Shown: positions 25,461-33,890 of the stretch, one piece after another
How positions within the stretch are numbered: the first letter of the stretch is position 1
Layout of the letters: every line of letters starts with the position of its first letter
DNA from: Nitrospirota bacterium
Lineage (GTDB): Bacteria > Nitrospirota > UBA9217
Direction: 5' to 3'
Length of the DNA stretch: 58,096 nucleotides
Assembly (NCBI GenBank): GCA_963741205.1
Contig: CAVUHW010000036.1
Span: 1-58,096 of the forward strand
Program-made: the position numbers and the translations under genes
Notes under the pieces: generated by a model
The model's database searches: none
Told to the model about the DNA's origin: nothing
What the model saw: only the letters and a program-made list of their open reading frames with translations

Positions 25461-25550
25461 CGTGACCCTGGGTTCTGCCGTCGAGAGCAAAAAAGCAGGT
25501 ATTCGGTAAATCTATAATGTCTGCATGGTCCCTAAGGTGCTTACCAGACA

Positions 25551-26030
25551 TCAGGGAATGTATTCATCCCTGCTTCCCGGTTCATCATCTTTTCCGTCAT
25601 GATAATGGCCTTTGAGCGTCTCTTGAAGATCGCCGATTTCCTTTTTTAAAGCCTGAATATAATGAAAACGCGTCCAGGCGAACGTTAGCGCGGGTTGGAG
25701 CCCGTCTAGATCTAGAGGCTTTACAAGATATCCGGAAACACCAATGGCGTCAGCTTGTGAGATCAAGTCGGGCTCGCTGTATGCCGACAGGATCACAATA
25801 GGCAATGGCCGCTTTTCGAGAATACGCTTCGACGCCTCGAGGCCGTCCATATCGGCCATCTTGATATCCATGAGGACCAGGTCCGGTGACAGGCTGATCG
25901 CCTTCTCAATTCCCTGTGTTCCGCTGCACGCGCAGTCAACGATGGTATGGCCGATGTTCTCAAGCACACCTGCAAGGCCCGAGCAGACGGCTGCATTATC
26001 GACGACGATCAATATTCTGAGACGTAACAT
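25551..26030 (-). CDS. Response regulator of the AmiR/NasT/PdtaR type lacking the ANTAR domain
   Basis: REC (DLVLMDIKM, SAYS, YLVKP) plus a coiled-coil linker (TRF..IQALKKEIGDLQETL) that normally precedes ANTAR. The sequence diverges there and stops. Confidence 0.8.
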   Translation of the reverse strand: MLRLRILIVVDNAAVCSGLAGVLENIGHTIVDCACSGTQGIEKAISLSPDLVLMDIKMADMDGLEASKRILEKRPLPIVILSAYSEPDLISQADAIGVSGYLVKPLDLDGLQPALTFAWTRFHYIQALKKEIGDLQETLKGHYHDGKDDEPGSRDEYIP

Positions 26031-26443
26031 ACCAGTAAGACCTTGTTATTGTCAGGAGTCAGACTGCAAATGCAGCAAAAGCTATGACATGCATTCAGGA
26101 CGATAGCGGGAAATGCTTCTCGCTCTAATAAAAGCACGTCGCCAGAAAGGCTCCTGTTTAACCTTCGGGATAGGCAGACTCCGTGACAAGTCAGTTCCTC
26201 ATGCATAATTTTGAATTATATTGTTCTAATATCTAAATCAATGTCATATAACGATGCAAAATGAATGCTAATAATCTTACACAGAAATCAGCTATAAAAA
26301 TCCTGAGTTACTATTGTTCATGCAATATGCAACCAAATAAGATGGGGTGATACCCCCCGCATAAGGGTGATTTGGCCCCATTAAATCTTCCTTTGCAATC
26401 AGAGTCGAACAATTAATTCCTCAGTCCTGCATATCGCTCATCA

Positions 26444-26502
26444 GGTGAAATAGCCAGCGTCTTTGGTGAAATGACCAGCGTCCAAATATTATTTCTAGCG
26501 TC
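26444..26502. promoter_or_regulatory. Direct repeats with about 21-bp period (candidate activator sites)
   Basis: GGTGAAATAGCCAGCGTC (26444-61), GGTGAAATGACCAGCGTC (26465-82) and a partial AGCGTC (26497-502). Confidence 0.55.
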
Positions 26503-26606
26503 ACCATTTGCGCCGGATATCTTCCTTTTTGCTTATCTCTCTGTCCTGGCTGAATATTTCAATTAACTTTTAATTTTATCTATCCCTTATTTATTTGTTA
26601 TCCGCG

Positions 26607-26622
26607 CGGCACAAGAGTTGCA
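26607..26622 (+). promoter_or_regulatory. sigma54 (-24/-12) promoter
   Basis: CGGCAC-AAGAG-TTGCA matches YGGCAC-N5-TTGCW. Confidence 0.65.
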
Positions 26623-26658
26623 ATGAATGTAGAAATTAAATGATTCTGAAAAAATGAC

Positions 26659-26687
26659 TTGACTTAAATCCTCGATCCGTTTATAAA
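26659..26687 (+). promoter_or_regulatory. sigma70-type promoter
   Basis: TTGACT-17 nt-TATAAA. Confidence 0.55.
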
Positions 26688-26787
26688 AGGCAACGTTTCA
26701 CATCAAAATCGCATGAGGTCTTGCTGCCGAGAGCGGTCTTTAAGAAGAAATCACCGCTCAATGCCATAAATGTAGAATCAAATCATA

Positions 26788-26873
26788 GATACACGATAAT
26801 ACTTAACCACTCGCGAGGGTGGGGCGGAAAGCCTTCAGGATCTCTTTTGAGACAGCCGGGTTGCCGAAATATC
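26788..26873 (+). ncRNA. GEMM-I (c-di-GMP-I family) riboswitch aptamer, 3',3'-cGAMP-type (GEMM-Ib), copy 1
   Basis: GATACACGATAATACTTAACCACTC-GCGA-GGGTGGGGCGGAAAGCC...TCTC-TTTT-GAGACAGCCGGGTTGCCGAAATATC: GNRA-capped P2, GGAAAGCC junction and P3. A at the Vc2-G20-equivalent position (26801). Confidence 0.9.
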
Positions 26874-26907
26874 TAATCGATATGGAGGCAACCCGGTTTT
26901 TGTTTTT
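26855..26907 (+). terminator. Riboswitch expression platform terminator 1
   Basis: CCGGGTTGCC (26856-65) pairs with GGCAACCCGG (26887-96), then TTTTTGTTTTT; the 5' arm lies inside the aptamer. Confidence 0.85.
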
Positions 26908-26980
26908 GCGGGTCGTCATGCGCGCACTTGCTGCGCAGCGGTTTCGTTTCCTACGGTCGGACCACAATACAGCAGCACAC

Positions 26981-27065
26981 GATACACGACAATACTTAAC
27001 CACTCGCGAGGGTGGGGCGGAAAGCCTTCAGGATCTCTATGAGACAGCCGGGCTGCCGAAATATC
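26981..27065 (+). ncRNA. GEMM-I riboswitch aptamer, 3',3'-cGAMP-type, copy 2
   Basis: Near-identical copy 193 nt downstream (GATACACGACAATACTTAACC...GCTGCCGAAATATC); discriminator A at 26994. Confidence 0.9.
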
Positions 27066-27096
27066 TTTCGATATTGAGGCGTCCGGCTTTTTTATT
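27047..27096 (+). terminator. Riboswitch expression platform terminator 2
   Basis: GCCGGGCTGCC (27047-57) pairs with GGCGTCCGGC (27078-87), then TTTTTTATT. Confidence 0.8.
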
Positions 27097-27207
27097 GCTC
27101 AAAGGAAGGAGGTGGCTGCGGGGGTATCTCCATTCGGCCGATGGGCCGATAAAAAATTGCAGAGCAGATGGATTCTGAACTCAATCAATAAACGCGGGAG
27201 GAAAGAG

Positions 27208-29484
27208 ATGAAAAAAGTCGTTGTAATACTCAGTGTCCTAGCCATGGTGTGCGCCCTGGTGATCCCTGCAGCTTTCGCAGAAGAAGGAACGTATTCGACG
27301 TATACGTTGACCGTTGCCTCTTCGAATCCAAGCAGCGGCGTCGCCATTGCCGTCAGCCCGAATGACAGGAACGGACGTGGAAACGGCACGACCCAGTTCA
27401 CGAGGAGCTATCGTTCCAGCACGAGTATAACCCTTACCGCCCCTGCAACAGCGAGCGGGAACACCTTCCAAAAATGGCAAAGAGATGGTTATGATTACTC
27501 CACCAATAGAACGATAACCTTCAGCCTGTCCAGAAACAGAACAATGAAGGCGGTCTATACGACCTCAACAACGACCAGCTATACTCTGACCGTCGCCTCT
27601 TCCAACCCGGCGAGCGGCGTGGGCGTAACCGTCAGTCCGGCCGACAGAAACGGCCAGGGTAACGGCACGACGCAGTTCACCCGCTCCTATAACGGCGGCA
27701 CAACGGTGACCCTTGCAGCGCCCTCGACAGCTGGCGGCAACAACTTCCAGAAATGGCAGAAGAACGGAGTTGACGCCGCTACCACGCAGACCACGAGCGT
27801 CACGATGAGCGCCAACACCACCATGACCGCGGTGTACGTAACACCAACAACGACGACGAGCTATACCCTGACCGTCGCCTCCTCCAACCCGGCGAGCGGC
27901 GTGGCCGTAACCGTCAGTCCGGCCGACAGAAACGGCCAGGGAAACGGCACGACACAGTTCACCCGCTCCTATAACGGCGGCACAACGGTGACCCTTACCG
28001 CGCCTTCCACCGCGAACGGCAACAACTTCCAGAAATGGCAGAAGAACGGAGTTGACGCCGCTACCACGCAGACCACGAGCGTCACGATGAGCGCCAACAC
28101 CACGATGACCGCGGTATACGCTGCCGCGGTATCTACGTCGGGAAATTATGTGATTCTTGCCAGCAATGACCTCGGTATGCACTGTGCATGTCCTGGCGTT
28201 GGCAATTTCCTGCTCCTTCCGCCTTTCAACACGATCAGGGCACAGGCCTTCCAAAGAGGGGGCGATCCGGTTGCCTTAGGCGATACAAGCAGATACAGAA
28301 TGACCTACTCGATCCTGGAAAATACCGATGCCAATCTTCAGGCGGACCCCTATTTTGCCGACTGGATCAAATGGTCTCCAAAATTATTCCCCGGTTTTCT
28401 TCCTGTCAGGGCTGACGGAAGGGTCCAGAGCATATCGGGCGCAACCCTGAGCGGCGATATGACCGTGAAGGCCGGTTCCGGCGCATGGTGGGAGGTAGTA
28501 GGCGTGCCCGCTTTCCCGGTGGTGACCGGCACCGCCACGGACATCATGATCGACCCCCTCGGCGGCCCGAACAGGACCCCCTATTTGACGGGCCGTATTC
28601 AGCTTCTCGACAAAGCGACAAGCGCCGTCCTCGCTACCGACGACATTACGGTGCCGGTGGCCTTCGGCGGCTGCTGCAATTGTCACCTGAAAGTTGCGGA
28701 GTCTTACGGGTATGCCAATGCCACCCCGGCGGACTCTTTCAAGGTCATGGGCTGGCTGCACAGCAATAAAGGCGAGGCAGGCAAGATCGATTTCGCCAAA
28801 CTCGACCCGACCGGCGATGGAACCGGCGGCCCCATCCGCTGCTCATGGTGCCATTGGGACCCCGCCATGGGTGAAGCTGCCGCCCCCGGCCTGGCAAACG
28901 TCTGGCCGAACTACAGCATCCTTGCCGGCGCGAATTTCACCAAGGCGGATGTTAAAGTATCGCAGTATACCTTCTCCGACGTGCTTCACCGGTGGCATGC
29001 GGAGAGCTCCGTGGTCCTCGGGTCTTACGACGCCAACATCGCGAAGAACTGCTATGACTGCCATCCGGGCAACAATGTAAACTGCTACAGGGACACCCAT
29101 ACGACCAAGACCATCAACGGTAACGCGATCTGGTGCACGGACTGCCACGGCGACCTGAACCAGAGGATCGCGCAGAAACAAATGGACAAGCCCTGGTCCG
29201 ACACGACCCTGCCGAAGTGCTCCACCTGCCACGGCAGTAATTACGGCGAAGGCGGCGGGTACTTGAATATGGGCATCTTCGGCCAGTTCCTGAACAGCAG
29301 CGGCCATGAAAGCAATAAGGTCCTCTGCTCATCCTGCCATGGTTCGCCGCATGCTCTGAATTCCTCCAGCCTCGCTAAGGACAATGAGCAGAACCTCAGG
29401 CTGCAGAACGATTCCCGGGCAATCGGAGTCTGCAACGTTTGCCATACGAGCAGAAGCAATACCTGGAGCGTACCGCCTCATTAA
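27208..29484 (+). CDS. Secreted multiheme c-type cytochrome (7 CxxCH) with three N-terminal Thr-rich repeat domains
   Basis: Sec signal MKKVVVILS...AFA and SD GGGAGG. Three 86-aa repeats, a NDLGMHC motif, and heme motifs CCNCH, CSWCH, CYDCH, CTDCH, CSTCH, CSSCH, CNVCH. Confidence 0.92.
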   Translation: MKKVVVILSVLAMVCALVIPAAFAEEGTYSTYTLTVASSNPSSGVAIAVSPNDRNGRGNGTTQFTRSYRSSTSITLTAPATASGNTFQKWQRDGYDYSTNRTITFSLSRNRTMKAVYTTSTTTSYTLTVASSNPASGVGVTVSPADRNGQGNGTTQFTRSYNGGTTVTLAAPSTAGGNNFQKWQKNGVDAATTQTTSVTMSANTTMTAVYVTPTTTTSYTLTVASSNPASGVAVTVSPADRNGQGNGTTQFTRSYNGGTTVTLTAPSTANGNNFQKWQKNGVDAATTQTTSVTMSANTTMTAVYAAAVSTSGNYVILASNDLGMHCACPGVGNFLLLPPFNTIRAQAFQRGGDPVALGDTSRYRMTYSILENTDANLQADPYFADWIKWSPKLFPGFLPVRADGRVQSISGATLSGDMTVKAGSGAWWEVVGVPAFPVVTGTATDIMIDPLGGPNRTPYLTGRIQLLDKATSAVLATDDITVPVAFGGCCNCHLKVAESYGYANATPADSFKVMGWLHSNKGEAGKIDFAKLDPTGDGTGGPIRCSWCHWDPAMGEAAAPGLANVWPNYSILAGANFTKADVKVSQYTFSDVLHRWHAESSVVLGSYDANIAKNCYDCHPGNNVNCYRDTHTTKTINGNAIWCTDCHGDLNQRIAQKQMDKPWSDTTLPKCSTCHGSNYGEGGGYLNMGIFGQFLNSSGHESNKVLCSSCHGSPHALNSSSLAKDNEQNLRLQNDSRAIGVCNVCHTSRSNTWSVPPH
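27301..28119 (+). repeat. Three intragenic 258-bp repeats (InlB-B-repeat/Flg_new-like beta domains)
   Basis: Units at 27301-27558, 27580-27837 and 27862-28119 (YTLTVASSNP...FQKWQ..G...TMTAVY). Units 2 and 3 are nearly identical at DNA level. Confidence 0.9.
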
Positions 29485-29505
29485 GAACAAGAACGAATAT
29501 CGACC

Positions 29506-29539
29506 AGAGAGGGAGGACGCTGTCCTCCCTCTCTTTTTT
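29506..29539 (+). terminator. Intrinsic terminator after the cytochrome
   Basis: AGAGAGGGAGGAC-GCT-GTCCTCCCTCTCT followed by a T run. Confidence 0.85.
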
Positions 29540-29589
29540 AAAAGATCCCTGAAAACTATCCAGGAACCGACACGAAAGGGGAAGTAAGA

Positions 29590-30585
29590 ATGAACTGCTT
29601 TAAAAAAGTACTGCCGCTGACAACACTGGTCATAGTGCTCATGGCATCATTTGTTTCTTTTTCATACGCCGTTGAGAAAAACAAAGAACCTGAAAAGAAG
29701 ATCGATCCGGCGATGACCCTGAAATTCATTCAAAGCTGGTCCACGAGGGACAAATGGGACAAGTTCCCCGAGTCCCCTTCTTTTGCCTATTACAATATCT
29801 ACTCCTTGAAGGCCTTGAACGGCGACATTACTCCCGAACTCAGGAAAAAAGTCGTCGATACTCTTAAAAGCTGCCAGATGAAGGACGGCGGGTTTTCCGC
29901 GGGTCCGGGATACGGTACGGATTCAAATACGATCTTCACCTATTACTCGCTGGCCACTCTCGACCTTCTTGGCGCTCTGGATTCCATTGATCGGAAACAG
30001 GCTGTCGGCTATATCTCTTCTCTGGTCCAGAAAGAGGGCGGCATCAAGGCGAAAACCTCAGACACGAGCGCCAGTCTGGCCACGACCTATTACGGGATCG
30101 CCTCGCTCGGGCTGCTGAACGCGCTCGACACCGTGGACAAAAAGAGCGTGATTGCCTACATCAATACCTATCGGGAGGACCGCAAGGGATATTGTCTTAT
30201 TCCGGGCAAGATATCCATGCCCGGTGCGACGTTCATGGCCGTGAAGTCGCTTTCTCTTCTTGGCGGGCTGACCCCCGACATCCGGACAGAGGTCGTGAAC
30301 TATCTGAAGGAATCGCGTTATTCGGGGCTCGTAAAAAACAAGAAGTACACATCCCTGCCGAATGTTGAAGATATGGCGGCCGTGCTCCAGACGCTCGCCG
30401 AGCTTTCCTCATTGAACATTATCGACAAGAAGAGCGTCTATCGATTCATTGAATCGCTCTACATTCCGGAAAACGGCGGATTCGGCCCGGAGCCGGGACT
30501 CGGTACGACCCCGCCAAGCACGTACTATGCGATCGCATGCCTTGACAAGCTCGGTAAACTGGGCAAGAAGGCGCCCGTAAAATGA
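29590..30585 (+). CDS. Secreted prenyltransferase/squalene-oxidase-repeat (GGTase-beta-like) protein
   Basis: Signal peptide; repeats CQMKDGGF...TYYSLATLDLLG, QKEGGI...TYYGIASLGLL and PENGGFG...STYYAIACL. Confidence 0.78.
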   Translation: MNCFKKVLPLTTLVIVLMASFVSFSYAVEKNKEPEKKIDPAMTLKFIQSWSTRDKWDKFPESPSFAYYNIYSLKALNGDITPELRKKVVDTLKSCQMKDGGFSAGPGYGTDSNTIFTYYSLATLDLLGALDSIDRKQAVGYISSLVQKEGGIKAKTSDTSASLATTYYGIASLGLLNALDTVDKKSVIAYINTYREDRKGYCLIPGKISMPGATFMAVKSLSLLGGLTPDIRTEVVNYLKESRYSGLVKNKKYTSLPNVEDMAAVLQTLAELSSLNIIDKKSVYRFIESLYIPENGGFGPEPGLGTTPPSTYYAIACLDKLGKLGKKAPVK

Positions 30586-30804
30586 CCCGGCGGTGATGTC
30601 TCCCTCTGCGACATGAGCTTCCCGGAGCATGGCATGCGGAAGCGGCGGCATATCCATGCGGCATGCTCCGGTTTCCACCAACTGCGTTTCCGTTCCGGTC
30701 CCTCCCCGTTCTTGACAGAACCTCCTGTTGCCGGTATAGTGGCGCTTACGCATTCATCAGAACGGCGACACGCCTCACCCTGCGGCGCGGAAAGGCTTCC
30801 CGGC

Positions 30805-31479
30805 ATGGCATCTTCAGGTACTCTTCAGACATATCTCGAACGATACGCGCTCATTTCACTCGAAAAACAGGACAAGCTGGAGTCACTGATCGGAGAGCAC
30901 CTGCACGAACTCGATCTTTACGCAGGCACAATCCGTTTCAACGAACTCGAATTTCCCATTCAGGTGATCGGGACGGAGTCCGACAACACTCTCACATGGC
31001 TCTGGGCATGGGCGGATGAACAGTTCGAACTCCCCGCAAGCCTGCTCCAGTCCGCCATTCAACTGCGAACCTGGGGCGCGGACGCGGGCATCCCGGAATT
31101 CACCATGCCCTCCGTGGACCTCAACAGGGCCGACGGGCACGCAATCGCCATGATCGCCGCGGAAGTCTGCAAGGCAAGCTGCTACTACCGGGACGGTTAC
31201 GAGGGCGGAGCGGCCTATTTCTTGCTTTTCGACAGAGCCATCGACAGCGCCCCGTCCTTCGACCGCGCGCGTCTGATGATCCGGATGGCTGACCTCTTTT
31301 CCCGATATGATCTCAACCATCGGAATACGCTCCTTTCCTATTTGACCGCGAAAGGGCTGTCCCCGGTTGCGGAGAGGAATCTGATCAACTGTGAACTTGA
31401 ATCAGGAGAGAGGCTGATCGCCGAATTTGACGATGCGGGACGGTTGATCGTCGTTAACGGAGCGGCATTTGAGATGTAA
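30805..31479 (+). CDS. hypothetical protein (DUF6882-like)
   Basis: EKQDKL...QVIGTES...TWLWAWA pattern; start placed at ATG 30805. Confidence 0.6.
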   Translation: MASSGTLQTYLERYALISLEKQDKLESLIGEHLHELDLYAGTIRFNELEFPIQVIGTESDNTLTWLWAWADEQFELPASLLQSAIQLRTWGADAGIPEFTMPSVDLNRADGHAIAMIAAEVCKASCYYRDGYEGGAAYFLLFDRAIDSAPSFDRARLMIRMADLFSRYDLNHRNTLLSYLTAKGLSPVAERNLINCELESGERLIAEFDDAGRLIVVNGAAFEM

Positions 31480-31503
31480 AGGGATAACCATAAGCAGCGG
31501 GAG

Positions 31504-31668
31504 TTGGACGCAGATGAACGCAGAGAGACGCAGATAAAGAGGATAGTTCGTTTAATGACCGCTCACCCTGGCCGAGCCTTTTCTCACAACTGAGAGATTT
31601 TATGTTTGTCTTCATCCGCGTCGCTTAAGAGCGCCTACTTTTGGTTATCCGATTTTATCTGCGTCCAA
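31504..31668. repeat. Inverted element with 10-bp-periodic ACGCAGAT arms
   Basis: TTGGACGCAGATGAACGCAGAGAGACGCAGAT ... ATCTGCGTCCAA. Confidence 0.7.
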
Positions 31669-31701
31669 TAAATCTTACTGGTTCTGTGATCGGAGTAGGC
31701 A

Positions 31702-32493
31702 ATGAGCTTCATTGACAAACTCGATAGAAAATTCCGGCGCTATGCCGTCCACAACGTAACGCTCTACCTCATCATCGGGCAGGCGCTGTTCTTCGTGTTC
31801 GTCCTGTCCGGCCGGTTCATGCTCGATCGGGTCCTGCTCATCCCGGGGTTCGTCCTCGCGGGAGAATGGTGGCGGCTCGTCACCTTTCTGTTCATTCCAC
31901 CGCTCACGAACCCGATCTTCGCCTTCTTCGCGTGGTATCTTTTTTATCTTATGGGAAGCGCCCTCGAGGGCCACTGGGGAGCGTTCCGTTACGACCTCTT
32001 TCTGCTGATCGGGTATCTCATCACCGTGGCGGTTGCGTTTCTATTCCCCTTTTCCGCGGCGACGAACCTGTTTCTCGGCGGGTCCGTATTCCTGGCTTTC
32101 GCCTGGCTGTTCCCTGATTTTCAGCTCTACATCTTTTTTGTTATCCCGGTGAAGATCAAGTGGCTGGCGCTTCTTACGTGGCTGGGCTACGCCTACCAAC
32201 TGCTTGTGGGGTCGTGGTCCACCCGCCTGCTCGTGCTCGCGTCGATCAGCAATTTTTTGCTGTTCTTCGGCAGGGACATCCTCTGGAGGATGAAGACCGG
32301 GAAGCGGGTCATGGCGACCCAAGTCCGGGAATTCTCGGGGAAAAAGGAGGCCTTTCATACGTGCTCGGTCTGCGGCATAACCGATGTGTCACATCCCCAG
32401 ATGGAATTCAGGTACTGCTCGGAATGCGGTGGCCGTGGATACTGCAAGGACCATATCTTCAATCACGAACACATTAAGAAGGCCGGCAAATAG
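31702..32493 (+). CDS. Conserved membrane protein (rhomboid-like TM region) with a C-terminal Cys/His cluster
   Basis: GEWWRLVTFLFIPP, several TM segments, and HTCSVCG...FRYCSECGG..YCKDH. Confidence 0.7.
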   Translation: MSFIDKLDRKFRRYAVHNVTLYLIIGQALFFVFVLSGRFMLDRVLLIPGFVLAGEWWRLVTFLFIPPLTNPIFAFFAWYLFYLMGSALEGHWGAFRYDLFLLIGYLITVAVAFLFPFSAATNLFLGGSVFLAFAWLFPDFQLYIFFVIPVKIKWLALLTWLGYAYQLLVGSWSTRLLVLASISNFLLFFGRDILWRMKTGKRVMATQVREFSGKKEAFHTCSVCGITDVSHPQMEFRYCSECGGRGYCKDHIFNHEHIKKAGK

Positions 32494-32696
32494 ACGGCGA
32501 TACGCAACCTCTTCCGCAATGAATACCTGCACGACGCCGGCAAGACGGTAACCGAATCCGGTCGTCCACGTTGACCTCTGACTACCGTTTCACTATACTT
32601 GATACAGAAGCCTTTCACGATTTATTTCCGTGGCCCGAGTCCAGGGAGCACGATGCAGCGGATGAACCGAAATTCATCCGAGGAGGAGATGTTGCC

Positions 32697-33473
32697 ATGA
32701 AAAGAGCGCAATTATTCGCAAGCTGCCTGTTTATTCTTGCCTTGTTCGCTGTTCCTTGCCGCGCCTTCGCATTTGTCGGCGTTGAGGGGGCTGTGGGATA
32801 CTGGAGCCAGACGCCGTCAGGTTCTTTCTCATATAAGAAGATATCGGCGACCGACGACCTCGATCTTCAGAAAGACTTGAACCTCGGCAAAGAAAGCCGT
32901 CCTTTTGTCCGCGTCAAGGTTGAGCTTCCGCTGCTCCTTCCGAATATCTATTTTGTGGCAACGCCAATGTCCTTTGAGGGGACCGGCAGAAAAGATGTGC
33001 AATTTAATTTTGGCGGCCAGCAATTCGACGCATCAGTTCCCATCGACTCTAAAGTCAAGCTCGATCACTACGATCTTGCGTTCTATTATCCGATCCCCCC
33101 CTTGAAAACAGCGACCCTCGGAAAATTAAATCTCGACCTTGGCATTAATGTGCGGCTGATAAATTTTGAGGGGACGATAACAAACCCCGCGAAGTCCTCC
33201 TCCAAATCCCTCGCGCTCTTTGCGCCGATGCTTTACGTGGGAGTTCAGTTCAAGCCTGTCTCGCTTTTCAGCATCGAGGCTGAATTACGTGGCATAACCT
33301 ACGGATCGAGTCACTATACTGATTACCTCGGCAGGCTGAAGATCATGCCGTGGGGACCTCTCTTCGTGGCCGCCGGTTACCGCTCCGAGGATCTCACGGT
33401 AAACCAGGGTGGTGTAACTATAAAAGATATTAAATTCAGCGGCCCCTTTTTGGAAGCGGGCTTCAATTTCTAA
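32697..33473 (+). CDS. Outer-membrane beta-barrel protein (TIGR04219-like)
   Basis: Signal peptide, LPLLLPNIY, DLAFYY and C-terminal FSGPFLEAGFNF; SD GAGGAGG. Confidence 0.75.
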   Translation: MKRAQLFASCLFILALFAVPCRAFAFVGVEGAVGYWSQTPSGSFSYKKISATDDLDLQKDLNLGKESRPFVRVKVELPLLLPNIYFVATPMSFEGTGRKDVQFNFGGQQFDASVPIDSKVKLDHYDLAFYYPIPPLKTATLGKLNLDLGINVRLINFEGTITNPAKSSSKSLALFAPMLYVGVQFKPVSLFSIEAELRGITYGSSHYTDYLGRLKIMPWGPLFVAAGYRSEDLTVNQGGVTIKDIKFSGPFLEAGFNF

Positions 33474-33512
33474 CGAGGTAAGCGGCCGCCCCTCTCCGGC
33501 AACCCAACCGCT

Positions 33513-33788
33513 ATGGCCAGTCCAAACACGATGGAGCTGCCGATCGACGGCACGCTCGACCTGCACACCTTTCACCCCGGGGACGTCAAAGACCTGGTCC
33601 CGGAATATCTCGCTGCTTGCCGCTCCCGCGGGATACTGCAGGTGCGCATCATTCACGGCAAGGGCGCCGGCGTCCTTCGCCGCACTGTTCGATCAATACT
33701 TGAAAAACTGCCTTATGTGGATTCGTTTCGGACTGCGGAAGAAGAGGCAGGCGGATGGGGAGCCACGATCGTGAAGTTGATGCCGTGA
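33513..33788 (+). CDS. Smr/MutS2 domain protein
   Basis: LDLHTF, RIIHGKGAGVLR, GGWGATIV. Confidence 0.9.
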   Translation: MASPNTMELPIDGTLDLHTFHPGDVKDLVPEYLAACRSRGILQVRIIHGKGAGVLRRTVRSILEKLPYVDSFRTAEEEAGGWGATIVKLMP

Positions 33789-33890
33789 GAATACGGCTGC
33801 TGATGGTCTGATGGTTCTAAGCTCATAGCTCATGGTACTCGTAGCTTTCAGCTACACCTATCAGCCAAATCCATTAACTATGAGCTATTC

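Noticed and set aside
25420-25480. Third GEMM riboswitch on the minus strand (GGCAGAACC...GAAGCC...GATGCCGAA)
   Set aside because: It lacks the GNRA-capped P2 and a pairable P3; the resemblance is superficial.
26254-26270. Minus-strand sigma54-like box for the response regulator (TAGCAT-N5-TTGCA)
   Set aside because: The invariant -24 GG is absent.
26819-27178. ORFs with repeated peptides (ETAGLPKYL) over the tandem repeat; also considered as a CRISPR array
   Set aside because: They are a by-product of the duplicated riboswitch. There are only two long structured units, no short repeat-spacer pattern and no cas genes.
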